Assembly (NCBI RefSeq): GCF_001447785.1
Contig: NW_015161407.1
Span: forward strand, 1,456,222-1,520,221
Length of the DNA: 64,000 nt
From: Gekko japonicus
Taxonomy: Eukaryota
Direction of reading: 5' to 3'
This document shows positions 23,225-37,268 of the stretch, piece by piece (the stretch's first letter is position 1; each line of letters starts with the position of its first letter). The notes under the pieces were generated by a model. The model saw nothing but the letters and a program-made list of their open reading frames with translations. It did not search any database and was not told the DNA's origin. The position numbers were made by a program, and so were the translations under genes.

Positions 23225-24630
23225 GTATGAACGTTTTAATGGGATTTAGGACTTGGATTGAAGCTTCTGTGTTAATGTCAGTGCAGTCCTCCCCGTGAAA
23301 AACCTGTCAGAATTGTTTTTCCTCTGTTTTTATAAGATTGAAGAAATATGTATGAAGTTGCAAAATATAAAGCTGTAAACTTTAATGATGAATTTGTTAA
23401 CTGCTGAAAGAAATGTTGCCGGATATTCAGAAGAACCAAAAAGATTTTTTAGGGATGTGACACCATATAAATGGTTGAAACTGGCTTAGGCCCACCTTCT
23501 GAAGTTAGGTTGCTCGAAGAAGCAGTTTGTTGGATGAACAAAGTTCTCAGCCATACTCATACTGACCTAGGTGGTCCTTAAAGTACCCTGGTCCCAGACC
23601 ATTTAGGAATTTAAATGCAATAATCAGAATTTTAAGTTTTCCAGAAATGAATAGGTAACCAGTGTTGTTCTTTTAATACCAGAGGTACGTTCTTGAAAGT
23701 TCATACCTCTTGGCAGTCTAGTTACAACGTTGTAAAGTTTCTGAACAGTCCTCAAAAGAGCCCCCTGTAGAGCACATTGCAGTAGTCCAGTCTAGATATG
23801 ACCAGAGCCTTGGAGAATAGGTCAAATTCTGTCCATCAGGTTACAGCTGCAGATGCGCACACAAACATACCTCAAGCTGGCCAAGGGTGTTATGTATTAC
23901 AGAATATGTGAAATTTCATCTATCGGTGCGCCTAGATTATGAACCTGCTCCTTCCAGGGGACTATTAACCCTTCCCAGAACAGGCTGTCCTCTTTGGTAT
24001 AGGATAGGACCCGCTGTTGGATACATGCTTATAAACTGAACCATTTGTAAGAAAAATGAAACTCTGTGAGAAATAGAACTTCCTGCTAAATTTGCTTCAA
24101 TCTTTATTGTGTTAGGTGTGAACGCTTCAAAGAAAGTAATGTTTTCCCACAAAACTGCAGGGCAGAATCTCCTTGTTGATGTTAACATACATTAATGATA
24201 TATTTGAATTCTAATTGCCCAAGTATTAACACAGGCTCTGATACCAATTTTTCAATATTGTTAACTTACAAGGTAAAATAATGGTCTTTGATAGCCAGCG
24301 TATGGGACTAGGCTTGGAAAGACCAAGGTTCAAGTTTACATGCACCATGAAATGTAAAAGATGGCCCTAGGCCAGTCATTCTTTTTTACCCTAACCTACC
24401 TCACAGGGTTGCTGTGAAATGAAATGAAGGGACAACTGAGCAGCCGAGGAGGCTGGTGGAATACTAATGCAGTAAATTTGTACATAGATTATTGGTCAGT
24501 GAATTTGATCTGTATGAAAGAAATCTTCATAAATGGCATTAGACTTCAGACCAGACTGATAACAGTGATATTTTCTAAATAAAAGCATTCAGTATTAAAT
24601 GCTCCCCTGCCCTTTGCTTTCTCTTGACAG

Positions 24631-24821
24631 GAGTCATAAGCCTTCTCAGCAACATTATCGTATTGGGCATCTTTGTTAAATACAGGGAACTTCGGACAGC
24701 AACCAATGCCATTATTATCAACCTGGCTTTTACTGACATTGGAGTGAGTGGGATTGGTTATCCCATGTCAGCAGCTTCAGATCTGCATGGTAGCTGGAAA
24801 TTTGGCTATGCAGGCTGCCAG
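24631..24821 (+). CDS. RRH: Peropsin exon 2
   Basis: VISLLSNIIVLGIFVKYRELRTATNAIIINLAFTDIGVSGIGYPMSAASDLHGSWKFGYAGCQ. Confidence 0.97.
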
Positions 24822-25880
24822 GTACTGGGACATTAGAAACCACGAGTCACAGCATGCTCCTGTTAAGTTGTGAAACACATGGGGAGACGGTAGGCCAGTG
24901 GGTCACTTTCAGCCTGGGCTTCCTCACGGGGCTGTGGTGAGAATCAAATAAAGTAGAGGAGAACCATATATACCACCCTGAGCTCCTTAGAGGAGTGGTG
25001 AGAGAAAAATATGAATGATGCTAGGAGGTACACGTCAAACTCTTTGAATGATTAGAACACAGTAGAGGTACAATTAATAATGTGTGGGTCAACATTCTTC
25101 CAGAGCATAAGGATAACACACATGGGTTTCTTGTCTGTGTTTAGCCAGCAATAAAGGAAGCATGCACCTAAATGGAATAATTGCCTCTCAGTAAATTAAT
25201 GCTGAGAGCTAGTCTTACCACTAGATGGCTGCCTAGGGTAGCATTCTTACTGCAGGGAAATGCAGAAAGGATTTTCGCTTCCCCACACTGCCTTGTACAT
25301 CCAGTTGTGAGGGTTAATAGGGGTGAAATATGGCCAGAGGCCCCGAGGCTGCCAGAAAAGGGGTTAGACTGGAGCTTATGGCTAACAGTGTTAGGGGGAG
25401 AGGGGAATTAAGGAATCAGAATTTGATGAGAAGTATAGAGTAGGAGGTCACCCAGAAGGAAACTGAATGATACAGCTATGGGCTACAGAGGGGAAGGGAG
25501 AGAGCGATGGCAAAGATGGGCCTGGGACATAGGTGAGGAAGGAGACAATAAAGGCAAAGAAAGTCCAGGCAAGAAAGCTGCTTGGCTCCTGAACTCTTGG
25601 ATCTGACTGAGTTGGGGGAACATTTTGCGTAGGATGGCAAAAGAAGTACCCTGATCAGGAATAGAAATGGCACCTTGGCAACTATGTTCTTGATGAAATT
25701 TACCTCATAAACTCAGTGATGGTAAAGGTTTACAGACTAGTTGGAAATATACTGATCTTGGAACAGACATCTGGAGATAGCAGTATTTGCTTTGTAACAG
25801 AAAAGGTAGCAGAATTCCAAATCTTCAGAAATAATACCACTGATGGCTTAAAATCATATTACTGTCTTCTCAAATTTCAG

Positions 25881-25980
25881 ATCTATGCTGCATTAAATAT
25901 CTTTTTCGGAATGGCAAGTATTGGTTTGCTTACTGTGGTAGCAATTGATCGCTACCTGACAATCTGCAAGCCTCATATAG
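25881..25980 (+). CDS. RRH: Peropsin exon 3 (TM3, DRY)
   Basis: IYAALNIFFGMASIGLLTVVAIDRYLTICKPHI. Confidence 0.97.
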
Positions 25981-26121
25981 GTACTGTATTCCTTTTTCTT
26001 GCACAGAAATGCATTTGTTTCATTTACAAAACCTAACAGAAATTTAGATGATTTCTTCTCAATTAAAGCCATTACTGGCTTTTGCATATCCTCTGACTTT
26101 GCATCTTGCTTGTATATAGTG

Positions 26122-26478
26122 GGAGGAGCTGCGGTGGCTCAAGTGGTTAAAATGCTGAACTGCAGGCTGTGGAAGGTCAATAGTTCAGCAGTTCGAGACC
26201 CAGGGTGCCGCATGACGGAGTGAGCTCCCATCTCTAGTTCCAGCTCCTGCCAACCTAGCAGTTCAAAAGCAAGAAATTGCAAGTAGATAAATAGATACTG
26301 CTTCGGTGGGAAGGTAACAGCGTTCCGTGCGCCTTGGTGTTTAGTCATGCCGGCCACATGACCACGGAAACGTCTTCGGACAGCGCTGGCTCTTTGGCTT
26401 TGAAACGGAGATGAGCACCGCAACCCTAGAGTCGGATTTGACTGGTTTTTGAGCAAGGGAACCTTTACCTTTACCTTT
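26122..26478 (+). mobile_element. Sauria-type SINE, full length
   Basis: A box TGGCTCAAGTGG, B box GTTCGAGAC, (ACCTTT)n tail, TSD GTATATAGTG. Confidence 0.9.
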
Positions 26479-28527
26479 GTATATAGTGACATTAGTCACC
26501 CAAGAATTCGTCTTTTATGTTGTCTTTTTAAAGGGGTCATTGTTTGGTGTTTGTTGTCTGGGATAAAGTATACAGCCAAATTCACTGCTATTAGTAGTTG
26601 TCACCAAACTGAATGAACAGCAACATATTGTTAGTGGGGTGGCAAGGGATGGGTAAGCAGTCAGAGGTGTGCAAGATCAGATCTGAGATATGAATGCTAT
26701 ACCAGCAATAGCCTCCTAGACTTAATTGGGAAACAAAGAGTGCAGGCTAGGGATCTCAGTGGTTTATCTCCTCAGACTTGGTGGCTAACAACAAAATAAT
26801 AAATAATGCACAATCAAAAGCACAATTAAAATGCAGCTAAATCTGCCAGAACAGTTTACCCTCTACCAAATGCTCACTGTCCGGAGAAATGGACCTGTCA
26901 CAGGAAAATATGTCACGGGGGGATGGGAAGACCTAATGTCAGAACTGTTCACCAAAGTGTAGGACAGGCCTCTTCACCTTTTCCAGACCCAGGGCCCAGC
27001 AGGCAGCAGTATGGGACCCACTGTGCTTGTGAGCACATAAAAGTCATGTGACATAGTCATATGATATCACATAATGGGAAGAGAAGAAGCCAGAGGTATG
27101 ACCTCAAGGTCAGAACTGTGGAAAGCAGACCAAGTGAACCTGGGACAGGAAATGTAAGTTGAGGACCGAACAGGTGGTGGTACTATAGTGAAGAAGAAGC
27201 CAATAAGATTCACAGAAATCCTCTCCAATTCAGAAGCTTTCATCTCCCTCCTCTCTCTGTCCCCCAACTTGGATTAACCCCCATGCTGTTACCAGACCAG
27301 TACTGTTCAGCTGTGCTTATAATGCAGAACTCCTTCCCACCTGTGAAAGATCGCCTATCTTGGGGAGCCCGGGCTCTGTTGAAAGCGTGTGTGTGTGGAG
27401 CATTGGAGGCCTGATGGGCAGGGCTGTGAGGTGGCTGGATCAGGTGGGGAGAGAGAGTGAAGGAAAGTGAGAGCTTCTGCCATGGCAAAACTCTGAAACT
27501 GCCTGTTCTAAAAAGAAATCTTCCACCACTGAATAACTTCAGGCTGGAGCCAGACTAAATTTTCTACTAATGAAAAGGGGAGGCCTAATTTCTGCCCTTT
27601 CCTGCTGCAGACTTCCCTTTTGTCCCTCATGTGATTCCTCAGGATCTTCTGACCGCCAGGAGCAGCGTTGTGGTTATATCAATGGGCTGCGGTGGGGTGG
27701 GTGGAGGCAGGAATATTCTGTTCCACTGAAGGTGTGATCTCTTCTGCTAACAGGAAATGTAGTCTGGATCCAGCCCTTTCCCTTTCTGCCCTACTGTTCC
27801 TCTCAGTGTACATCAGAAGAGGCAAGTGGGTGGATCCTGACTTCTCAACACGTGCTCTAGCTTTGGTGGCAAGGCTCTGGTTCTGGAGCCTGGGTGCCTA
27901 CTGCTGCTCAGGCCTGGAGATCTCCCAGAATTGCAACTGATCTCTAGACTACAGAGATCAGTTCACCTGGAGAAAATGACAGCTTTGAAGGGTGGAGTCT
28001 GTGGCATTATATGGCTGAGGTCCCACCCTTTCCCATCCTAGGCTCCTCCAGGAATTTCCCAACTCATATTTGGAAACTGTAAGTGGGGGGAATGTTGGGA
28101 ATAGGTGTTGCAATGATGTCACAATGTCACTTCTGGCACAAACCCATAGAGTTTTGGTGGAATCCTAGAACATCACACCTATGCAATGATGGCACTTCCG
28201 AGTTTGCACTGGAAATGATGTTGAACCATAGCCACAATTCCTATTTTGCATTTGTCCACCTCCTACAGCTCCCTCCAGTTACCAGTGTTCAGCTGGCCAC
28301 CCTAACTCTAGCAAAAAGCAGCCACCCCAAAAGGCAGCTCTGTTAAGGACTCACAACTAACTAGAGGGTTCACATTCACGAGCCGAAGAACACAGGCTTA
28401 GGGTAAGGTTTATGGTAACCACGTTCCTGCACTCCCTCTTTTTATAAATGTTGATTATACTTTTTTTAAATATTAAAAACAAGTTGCATGTAAATAAGTG
28501 GAGGTAACGCTGTTTATTTGACAATAG

Positions 28528-28681
28528 GTAGAAGTCTCTCTGCTCGCAACTATGCAGTCCTGATTCTTGCTGCCTGGATTAATGCAGTCTTTTGGGCCTC
28601 CATGCCTGTGGTGGGCTGGGCAAGCTATGCCCCTGATCCAACTGGAGCCACCTGTACTGTAAACTGGAGAAAAAATGACGC
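28528..28681 (+). CDS. RRH: Peropsin exon 4
   Basis: RSLSARNYAVLILAAWINAVFWASMPVVGWASYAPDPTGATCTVNWRKND. Confidence 0.96.
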
Positions 28682-29851
28682 GTATGTTTCAAAGTGTAGG
28701 ATATTGTCTTCTGTGTGCATCACTTCATAGTTCTTGTAATGTGCATTATCTTGGGGAATCCCACATTTGTAAGGGAGGGAAAGGAAGAGACGGGGAAGCA
28801 AATGAAAGAAACCTCTGTCCTCTGCTTTCCCCTACAAAAATGTATGGGCCGGATTCTCATGCAGAGACTCATGTGATTCCTCTGTCTTGGGGGGTGAGGA
28901 GTCAGAAAAGAGCATGGGGAAGAAGAAGCTTACCAATAAGACAATGGGAAGGATAGTTATGAATCTATCTCATGTTGCCTCTCCCAAGGTCAAGCTGAAA
29001 ACATGCACAAAGGCCCACATAGGTTGTTCCTGTTGCCTGTGTTCCAAAAGGATAGATAATGGTAACTGAAAAGGAAATAGAGATAGGGTTGCCAGCTCTT
29101 GGTTGGGAAATACCTGGAGATAAGGGGGGTGGAGCCTCGGGAGGACAAGATTTAGAAAGGGGAGGGGCCTCAGTATGGTCCAATGCCATAGAGTCCACCC
29201 TCTAAAGCAGCCACTTTCTCCAGGGGAACTGATGTTCATCATCTGGAGATCAGTTGTAATAGTGGGAGATCTCCAGGTGCCACCTGGAGATTGGCAACCC
29301 TAGTGGGAAAGAATGCAAGCCTTAAAAAGATGGAGGGTAATGTTACTGGTTAGCTGTAGTTCCCCTTTCTTGAAGAGGCTCAAGGCAGATTCCATAATTA
29401 GAAAATAATGCAGTAAAAACAGGGTAACATAAACAGGTAAAATAAACAACACCCCCATATCTTTTATAAAAAGGCCCTCCTGAATTATTGTTTTACACAT
29501 TCTATGAAACAATAGGAGCATTGGAGCTTTCTTGGCCTCCTCAGGTAGGTTATTCTGCCAATTGTGATCCACAACATAAAATGCTCAGCTTAAGAGCAGC
29601 TGTCAATCTTGCCTATATGTAGGGAGGCACCTTTAAAAGGAGACAAGAGAGAGAGAGATAAAGATGGGTAGTCATGAGCACTGAGACTGAGACTTACCAC
29701 AAATTTTGTTAGTTGTTTAAGGTGCTACTGGACTTTTATTCTTTTCTACTTTTAAAAGGCTTTACTCAGACTGTTACAGCTGTCACAGTGTAGCTGTGGT
29801 ACACAATTCAGACATATCAATCAAACACGTGTGTTAGAGGTCCCCTACATA

Positions 29852-30203
29852 GAGCTGCGGTGGCTCAAGTGGTTAAGACGCTGAACTGCAGGCTGTGGAA
29901 GGTCAGTAGTTCAGCAGTTCAAGACCCGGGTGCCGCAAGACGGGGTGAGCTCCTGTCTCTAGTTCCAGCTCCTGCCAACCTAGCAATTCGAAAGCAAGAA
30001 ATTGCAAGTAGATAAATAGGGACCACTTCGGTGAGAAGGTAACAGCGTTCCGTGCGCCTTGGTGTTTAGTCATGCCGGCCACATGACCATGGAAACATCT
30101 TCGGACAGCGCTGGCTCTTCGGCTTTGTAACGGAGATGAGCACCGTAACCCTAGAGTTGGATTCGACTGGCTTTTGAGCAAGGGAACCTTTACCTTTACC
30201 TTT
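29852..30203 (+). mobile_element. Sauria-type SINE
   Basis: Closely similar to 26122-26478; (ACCTTT)n tail; flanking repeat ACATAGAGCT. Confidence 0.9.
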
Positions 30204-30417
30204 ACATAGAGCTACCGGGTCACTCAGATGGGCTGCATAGCTTCTGGTAGCCAAATGGAGCTGAATGAGGCCTTTTAAAAATGTTGGTGCTGTTTTGGGC
30301 TGTGGTATCAAAAGGTAAAAATTCTTCCAGAACATCATATGCATTAACTCACTGTAAAGCCAGATTGGACAGCATTTTCTATTTATTTTAATCTTATTTG
30401 TATTTTTAAACCTTCAG

Positions 30418-30586
30418 ATCCTTTGTTTCCTTCACCATGTCTGTAATTGCTGTAAATTTTGTCGTCCCCTTATCGGTTATGTTTTACTGCTACTACAATG
30501 TTTCACAAACTATGAACCAGTATGCCAGGAGCAATTGTCTAGAAAGCATCGACACAGACTGGTCTGATCAAGCTGATGTAACCAAG
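30418..30586 (+). CDS. RRH: Peropsin exon 5
   Basis: Hand translation SFVSFTMSVIAVNFVVPLSVMFYCYYNVSQTMNQYARSNCLESIDTDWSDQADVTK; phases fit neighbours. Confidence 0.95.
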
Positions 30587-31106
30587 GTATGGTCATATTT
30601 TTGATAGTTCCTTTTCAGAGATGTGGCCTGATTATGGTGTTCCTGTATGGATGTGGTCACCTGACTCACCTCAGTCTTCCTCAGAACATCTCTCCAACCT
30701 CTTTCCTCTCATATTTTTGATGAGATTTATAAGCTCTGTGGTCCAGGAGTGTAATGTTTCTGTGATATGTACCATTCCCAGCTGACTGAATAGAAACATG
30801 GTCAGGAACCAACTTGTTCTGTCATGAGGCCCTGAGGTTGCCACTGACCCCAAAGCACCTGAGGAAAGGGCCTAAATAAATCCTTAATGGTTTTTTTCCC
30901 CTTGTCCAAGCTATATTTTATATCAAATATATGAGAGCTGTTTCTTGTTGAATATAGCAATGACTACAATGCAAACCAGCATTTTTTTTTTTGTGTTAGA
31001 TTTTGTCAGCATTTTAGTCATTTATAAAAATTCTGAAAAGCTGTTGAAGAGAAAAAAATATTAAATGTAATATGGCCTGTTAGAGCACAGATGGTGATAA
31101 GCACAG

Positions 31107-31332
31107 ATGATTAGCCACAAGGTATAGATAGGGGCTCTGGGGCAAGTGATGCTCTGTCTTCTTGGTGCTGGGGGGGGGGTCAACAGTGGGAGGACTTCTA
31201 ATGTCCTGGCCACACTGGTGGACCTCCTGATGGCACTGGTATTTCTGGCCACTGTGTGACACAGAGTGTTGGACTGGGTGGGCCTTTGGCGTGATCCAAC
31301 ATTGGCGTCTCTTATGTTCTTATGTTCTTATG
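31107..31332 (+). mobile_element. CR1 3' UTR fragment, same subfamily as 6968-7677
   Basis: Very similar to 7460-7677; (TTATGTTC)n tail. Confidence 0.9.
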
Positions 31333-31624
31333 ATAAGTACCTGGAACTGCTGGGCCTCTTAAATGCACGCTAGAACTTAATAGTGTGAATAATTCCATTC
31401 TCTTTTTCAAGTTCTACACATAGGCTCAAATGCTTAAGTACTTCTGTATCCCCAAATCCTCAAAATACTCCATTTCTAAATAAGTTCCATTGAAATTAAT
31501 ACTAGTTTAAGAGCAAAAAAGAGGGATTAGATATAAGAGGGATGAGGAACTGATTTAATAAATATATATTTAAACAGAAATACTAGTATCCGACATGGTA
31601 ACAAGCTCATTTTCTCTTCTACAG

Positions 31625-31803
31625 ATGTCGGTTGTCATGATTTTAATGTTTCTGCTGGCTTGGTCTCCATATTCTATTGTGTGTTTATGGGCATCTTTTG
31701 GAGACCCAAAGAAAATCCCCCCGGCCATGGCGATCATAGGACCGCTCTTTGCCAAGTCGTCCACATTCTATAATCCCTGTATTTATGTCATTGCAAACAA
31801 AAA
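31625..31803 (+). CDS. RRH: Peropsin exon 6 (TM6-7, retinal-binding Lys)
   Basis: MSVVMILMFLLAWSPYSIVCLW...PLFAKSSTFYNPCIYVIANK; Lys codon at 31754-31756. Confidence 0.97.
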
Positions 31804-32124
31804 GTAAGTGGTTCCTTTGGAGTACATGACAGGTGGCGGAAATCCTTCCCCACAACCACAATTTATGTGCTTGTCTATTCTTGATAGGGTTGTCAACTTT
31901 GGTTTGGGATATTCCTGGAGATTTGGGGTAAAGCCAGAAATGGTTAGAATCTTGGGAGGGGAGAGAACTCAGGAGGGATATGGTGCTGTAGAGTCCATTT
32001 TCTCCAGGAAAACTGATATCTATAGTCTGGAGATCAGTTGCAATTCTGCAAATCTCCAGATTCTGCAAATCTCCAGGCTCCACTTGGAGGTTGGCAAGGT
32101 TGATTCTTGGTGGAATGATCTGGA

Positions 32125-33352
32125 ATTGGGAGTAAGCAGTGTAGTGGCCCTGTCTGCAGATGACACAAAATTATTCAGTATGGTGAAAACCATGGCTGAT
32201 TGTAAAGAGCTCCAGGAAGACCTCCACAAAGCATGTGAGTACTTTAGGTACATGCGAATAGAGTCTGAACTTACTGAGACCTTTGGTCATAATGGATAGC
32301 TCAATGAAAATTTCAATCCAGTGTGCTGCAGCAGTGAAAATACAACAGCCAGTGCTCCTGTATAGATCTATGGTGCAGACCCACTTGGAAACTGTGTGCA
32401 GTTCTGGTCACCGTATCTCTAAAAGGACATTTCAGAGCTGGGAAAAGTACAGAAGGTGATTAAAAGGGGCTGAAGTACCTTTCCTATAAGGAAAGGCTGA
32501 AGAGTCTGGGACTTTTCATTTTAGAGGAGAGGCAACTAAGGGGGATGTGATAGAGGTCTGGGGTAGACAGAGTCAACAGAGAAATTTTTTTCTTCTACTT
32601 CCAAAATACTAGAACTTACTCAGGGACATTCAATGAAGTTTTTCTGTTTTTCTGTCCTGGTCCCTACCTGGTGGAACATGCTCCTAGAACATGCTCCCAC
32701 TTGAGATCAGGGCCTTGCAGGGACCTACCAGTTCTGCAGGGGCTGTTCCACTAGGCTTTCAGTTGAGGTGGTGAACACCCAATTAGTTGCCCTCCCTGCG
32801 TAGAAGTTGCCCTAACTATCTGCCCCATGCAGAGTCCTGGTATTATATGAGCTTGGTGTGACTCCACTTACCATCAGTCCTGCTTATAAGGGGTCTGAAC
32901 TGTTATATTTGGTTTGCCATCTTTTAATTGTTTAATGGTTTTAGCTGTTTTAAGAATTAATTATATTATCTGGTTTTAATTGTTCATGCACTTTGTTGTT
33001 ACCCACCCTGAGCCCATTTTGGGAAGGGAGGGATGTAAATTTAACTAATTAATTAATTGATGTGCAGTAGATTCAGGCTATGCAAAAAGAAAATACTTCT
33101 TTACTCAATGAGTGATTAAAATATGGAATTCACTGCAGTGGCTACTAGTTATGGTGACTAAAGGAAATCTCCACAATTATAGCCAATAAACTTCTGAATC
33201 CCAGTGCCAGGAATCAACATCAGGGGAAGGCCATGGCCTCTGTGCCCTTTTGTGGACGCTCCATGGCAATTGGTTGGCCACTGTATGAAACAGAATCCTG
33301 GACAAGATGGACCATTGGTCTGCTCCAGCAGGATTCTTTTTATGTTCTTATG
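32125..33352 (+). mobile_element. Old CR1 fragment interrupted by an L2-like 3' end (about 32655-33055)
   Basis: ADDTKLF motif and decayed CR1 ORF2/3' UTR; L2-like CACCCTGAGCCC...GGGAGGGATGTAAAT tail in between. Confidence 0.75.
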
Positions 33353-35465
33353 AATATTTTTAAATATAGTCTCAAAAACTGCAGTGGTTTCAAAGACTAT
33401 CAGCACAGCAAGCTACCTTGATAGAGTCATTTAGAGTAATGGCAGAAATATTTATACAAGCAACAACAAAGATCACACAGTAAATGGGTTATATAGTAGA
33501 AAGAACTGTGTCAAAGAACACCAAACTATGAATATATAATACAAAAATATATAATAAATTATAAAAATTCATTTGTGTTGAGCAGTCATTGCACAGAAAA
33601 GTACACATGCTAATATTTATTCAATATATATTCAATGAAGGTTCTGGATTACATCTTTATTTCAGTAATCTTCTTCAAGAATGTAATTCTGTTAAGCATA
33701 TTCCATAGGAGAAATTGCACATAAGGTTTCTTCAAACAGTATTATGCAGAACTCAATTCAGACCTCGAGTTACCAGCTTAATTATTTTTTTAAGAGGAGA
33801 GGCTAACACGTATCAATTGATGAAACAGGACAAAGGAAAGGGCCTTGGCATCAGCCTTACTGGTCTTTCTGTCACTCCTGTAGAGTGGCTGGTGTAGTTG
33901 GAGCCAGGCAGGTTGAGGGGAATTACCCTTGTTCTCTCTCTAAACATACTTCTGAAGACACTTGTGAAATGCCTTTGCAAAGGCTGTTGCAGCCGGATTT
34001 GAGAGCCTTGACACACTTTCTGGGCTGGAGCAAGTAGCAACCAGTCATTCAAAGAATCTGGAGGGAGAAATCTTTCCTATGTTGTTCCTGTGGAAAGAAC
34101 AGTGCTGTTATGGACTTCGTACTCAGTGGTGTAGGACTTTTGTAAGAGTAGTTGCTACCTCAAATTGTTGCTATCTTCAAATTGTTTTAATGGTTGTCCT
34201 TCCAGGGGTGTGCATTTGGCATAAATGAACACCCCCTCTCCCCAAAAATACCCTATCTCTCTCTAAACGTACTTCAGGTATCACTTAAGCCAAATATAGA
34301 TCAGAGACCTGTACTTGGCTACTGGTATAGCTGAGCCCAAAAGCCCCCAATTTTTTTTCTTGGCTTTTATTTGGAGGTGTTCAGCTATACCGAGAGCCAG
34401 CCCCAGCTGATCTGCGGCGTGGCTTGTGTTCCTTTTAAAGGCCTTTTGCAAGCTGCACAGTGTGAGTGAACTCCACTTGGTGCTCCATTCATGTGGCACT
34501 GCTATGCAAAAGGCATTCAAACTCAAAATGCAAAAGGCATTTGCATGGCACTGGAATGCAAAAGGCATTTGTATGCCGCCACTTGCAAAAGGCAAACCCG
34601 GAACTTGCAGCTTGGGACTCCATTTAAATGCCTTTTGTAATCAGCGCTGTGTGAATGGAGTCTCAAGCAGTAAGAAGATGTTTAAACACGTTCTCCAAGT
34701 GGTGAGTTCCTGAAAAATTTTGGGAACCCTGAATATTTCCCAAATCCCAATACCATACCAGTACTGGGATTCAGGACTATCACATAATATGCCCAAACCT
34801 GAAAAATACCGGTGTTTTGTTGGGGGGGGGGGTTTGGCACCCCCTAGTTCTCTCCACTATTGCCACATTCTGGTCTTAGCATTTAGCAGTTTTCCTGCCC
34901 CTCCTTTTCTCCCTGACTCCTCCATTTACCATTATAATCTAAGGATCTTTAAATACACCAGTGTTTGTAGCACAGCAAGGAATACTGTCTTCGGAGTGCC
35001 CCACTGATGACTTAGTTTGTTCCTTTTCCCTCCTCTTTCTTTCTAAATTGAAGACCCCCCCCCCTATTATTCTGAGGAAATATGTAGGATGTTGTAGAAA
35101 CAGGAAGGTCATGAGTGGCCATCTCTGTGGGACAGCTTAACTGAAAAATCATACACACTTTTTTTTTAACAAAAAATGACAAATTCTGAGGGATTGTTTG
35201 GAAATGGTAACAATGTACCTTAAATTCTTCTGAACACATGAAGTGAATTTATACAGAATCTGAGCATTGTCTACTGTGATCATCAATAGCTCTGGAGGTC
35301 TTTCACATCACCAACCCTTGGAGATGTGTAACTGGCAATGCAGGTGATTGAGCCTAGTATCATCAGCCTGTCAAACAGATGTTCTACCACTGATACATGG
35401 CCCTCCCTTAAACCTCAGAATGGATTTCCGTTATCCAACACCAAAACCATTTCTCCTTGCTGTAG

Positions 35466-35568
35466 GTTTCGAAGGGCCATCCTTGCTATGGTTCGATGTC
35501 AGTCTCAACCAGAGATGACCACTACCAACGCCTTACCAATGAGCATTTCTCAAAGCACAATTGCATAA
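35466..35568 (+). CDS. RRH: Peropsin exon 7 (C-terminus, TAA); candidate AATAAA near 36236 and at 36801-36806
   Basis: FRRAILAMVRCQSQPEMTTTNALPMSISQSTIA*; total CDS 1002 nt. Confidence 0.95.
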
Positions 35569-35984
35569 AGAACTGCTGGAAAATGCTTCCACGACGTTTA
35601 CTTGCTCGTATCTTTTGTACATAGACTCCCTGGAAAGAAAAGTGAAACCCGTTTCACAGATAGCTTTGCCTCCCATCAACTGAATGGACTTCTCAGCCTG
35701 ATCAGATTAATGTATGAAGCTGTCTTATATGGAGTCAGACCATTGGTCCATCTTGCTTAGTGTTTTCACCACAGCTGACTCTTTGGCATCTGTGGTGATA
35801 AAGCATTCCTATCCCTTGCCATGTGAGAAACAGGAGGTCTTGTTGACATTGTGCCAGCTGCTACCAGCAGTAGCATAACACAACAAAGGGACCTTTTTGC
35901 TTGACCCTTTGTACAACTGCTTAGAATTAAGCCATTAGGAGACATTTCTACTATGAGGATCAATGTATTAGAGCACCATTTCTA

Positions 35985-36225
35985 ATTTTAAATGGTTTTA
36001 AAAAGTGATTAGACAAATCTATGGAGGATAGGTTCATCGATGGCTGTTGGCCATGACGGCTAATTGGAAACTCCATGTTTGAATATCAGTTGTTGTGGGG
36101 CAATGACTAGAGAAGCTTTGGCCTCCGTGTCCTGCTTGTAAGCCGCCTTCTTGGCTACTGTAGGAAACAGGATGCTGAACTAGGTGGACACTTGGTCTGA
36201 TTCAGCCTGGCTGCTGTAATGATTT
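35985..36225 (+). mobile_element. CR1 3' end inside or just after the RRH 3' UTR
   Basis: TTAGACAAATCTATGGAGGATAGG...GATGCTGAACTAGGTGGAC CR1-like 3' UTR. Confidence 0.65.
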
Positions 36226-37119
36226 TAGCATCTGTAATAAAGCATAATCTACATTGGTAAGTACTATTGTTTTACTTTTGTCCTTCCCATAGTTGTTAAT
36301 ATATAATAGATATTGTACCTGTCAGGTGAAAGGACTCATGATCAAGGTACAGAAGAAAGAAATGAAGCAAGCATGTAACATAATTATTTTTTTTGTTTAT
36401 TGCTTATAACTCTGAATATTCATGTCTCCTTTCTCCAAAGGCAGCCAAATAGTGTGTAGCATTGATTATGCTGTCAGTTACTAGGTCTTGTTAGTTTCAT
36501 TGTTACTGAACAGTTGGTCTTCACTGAAAACAATGCTCAGCAATTATGTAATTATAGCTGATAGGTAATCTGCTGAAAAGCAAACATCTGATTGTTTTGA
36601 AAGAAGAGCCAAGGATAGAATGTTTAAGATTTCCAACCAATCAGAGGCATTTTTTCAAGATTATTGTGCTTAGTTGCTTAATGTTGCCATCTGTTGCTAA
36701 TTTTTGGTATACTTCATTAAATGCTTATCTCTGCCTTTTCTATTTCATGGGCTACCGTCTGTATATTTATAATGCTAGTTTTATTCAGCCATTATTTTGA
36801 AATAAAGAAGATTTTTAAAAATAATGCATGTGCAAATATTTCTGTATCTGGGCTGCTGATCTTGAGTTTCTGCATCTAAATAGATATGATTTTGGGTTAT
36901 ATAATAGTTATTCAACCTATAGAAGAGATTCACAAAGATAAAAGGGCTCTGCTTTCACTATCTTATCTGTTGCACACCAGATTTGTAAAGTACTTTTTCT
37001 TTCAGTATTTAATTTGCTGTTAAAGGAATCCTGCTTCAAAAATTTAAAGGTAATATATTCTACCTTGGACACAGTATAGAAGAAGCTATGTCGACTGATC
37101 CAACGCGGTATACATTCGA

Positions 37120-37268
37120 AGGTTAAGTAACTGCAGGTCTCGGTTAATCCGGTATAATCTTCTCTTACTGAATGGCTGTCTACAGTCACCATCATAACCC
37201 ACAGTGAGAGTGTTTAGGAACAAAAGATTTTAGAATTTTGGAAATCTCCACTGTGCTGGAAGGAAGTC
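37120..37268 (+). promoter_or_regulatory. Candidate LRIT3 promoter with CRX/OTX2-type sites
   Basis: TAATCC 37145-37150 and TAATCT 37155-37160, about 120 bp upstream of the ATG. Confidence 0.5.
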
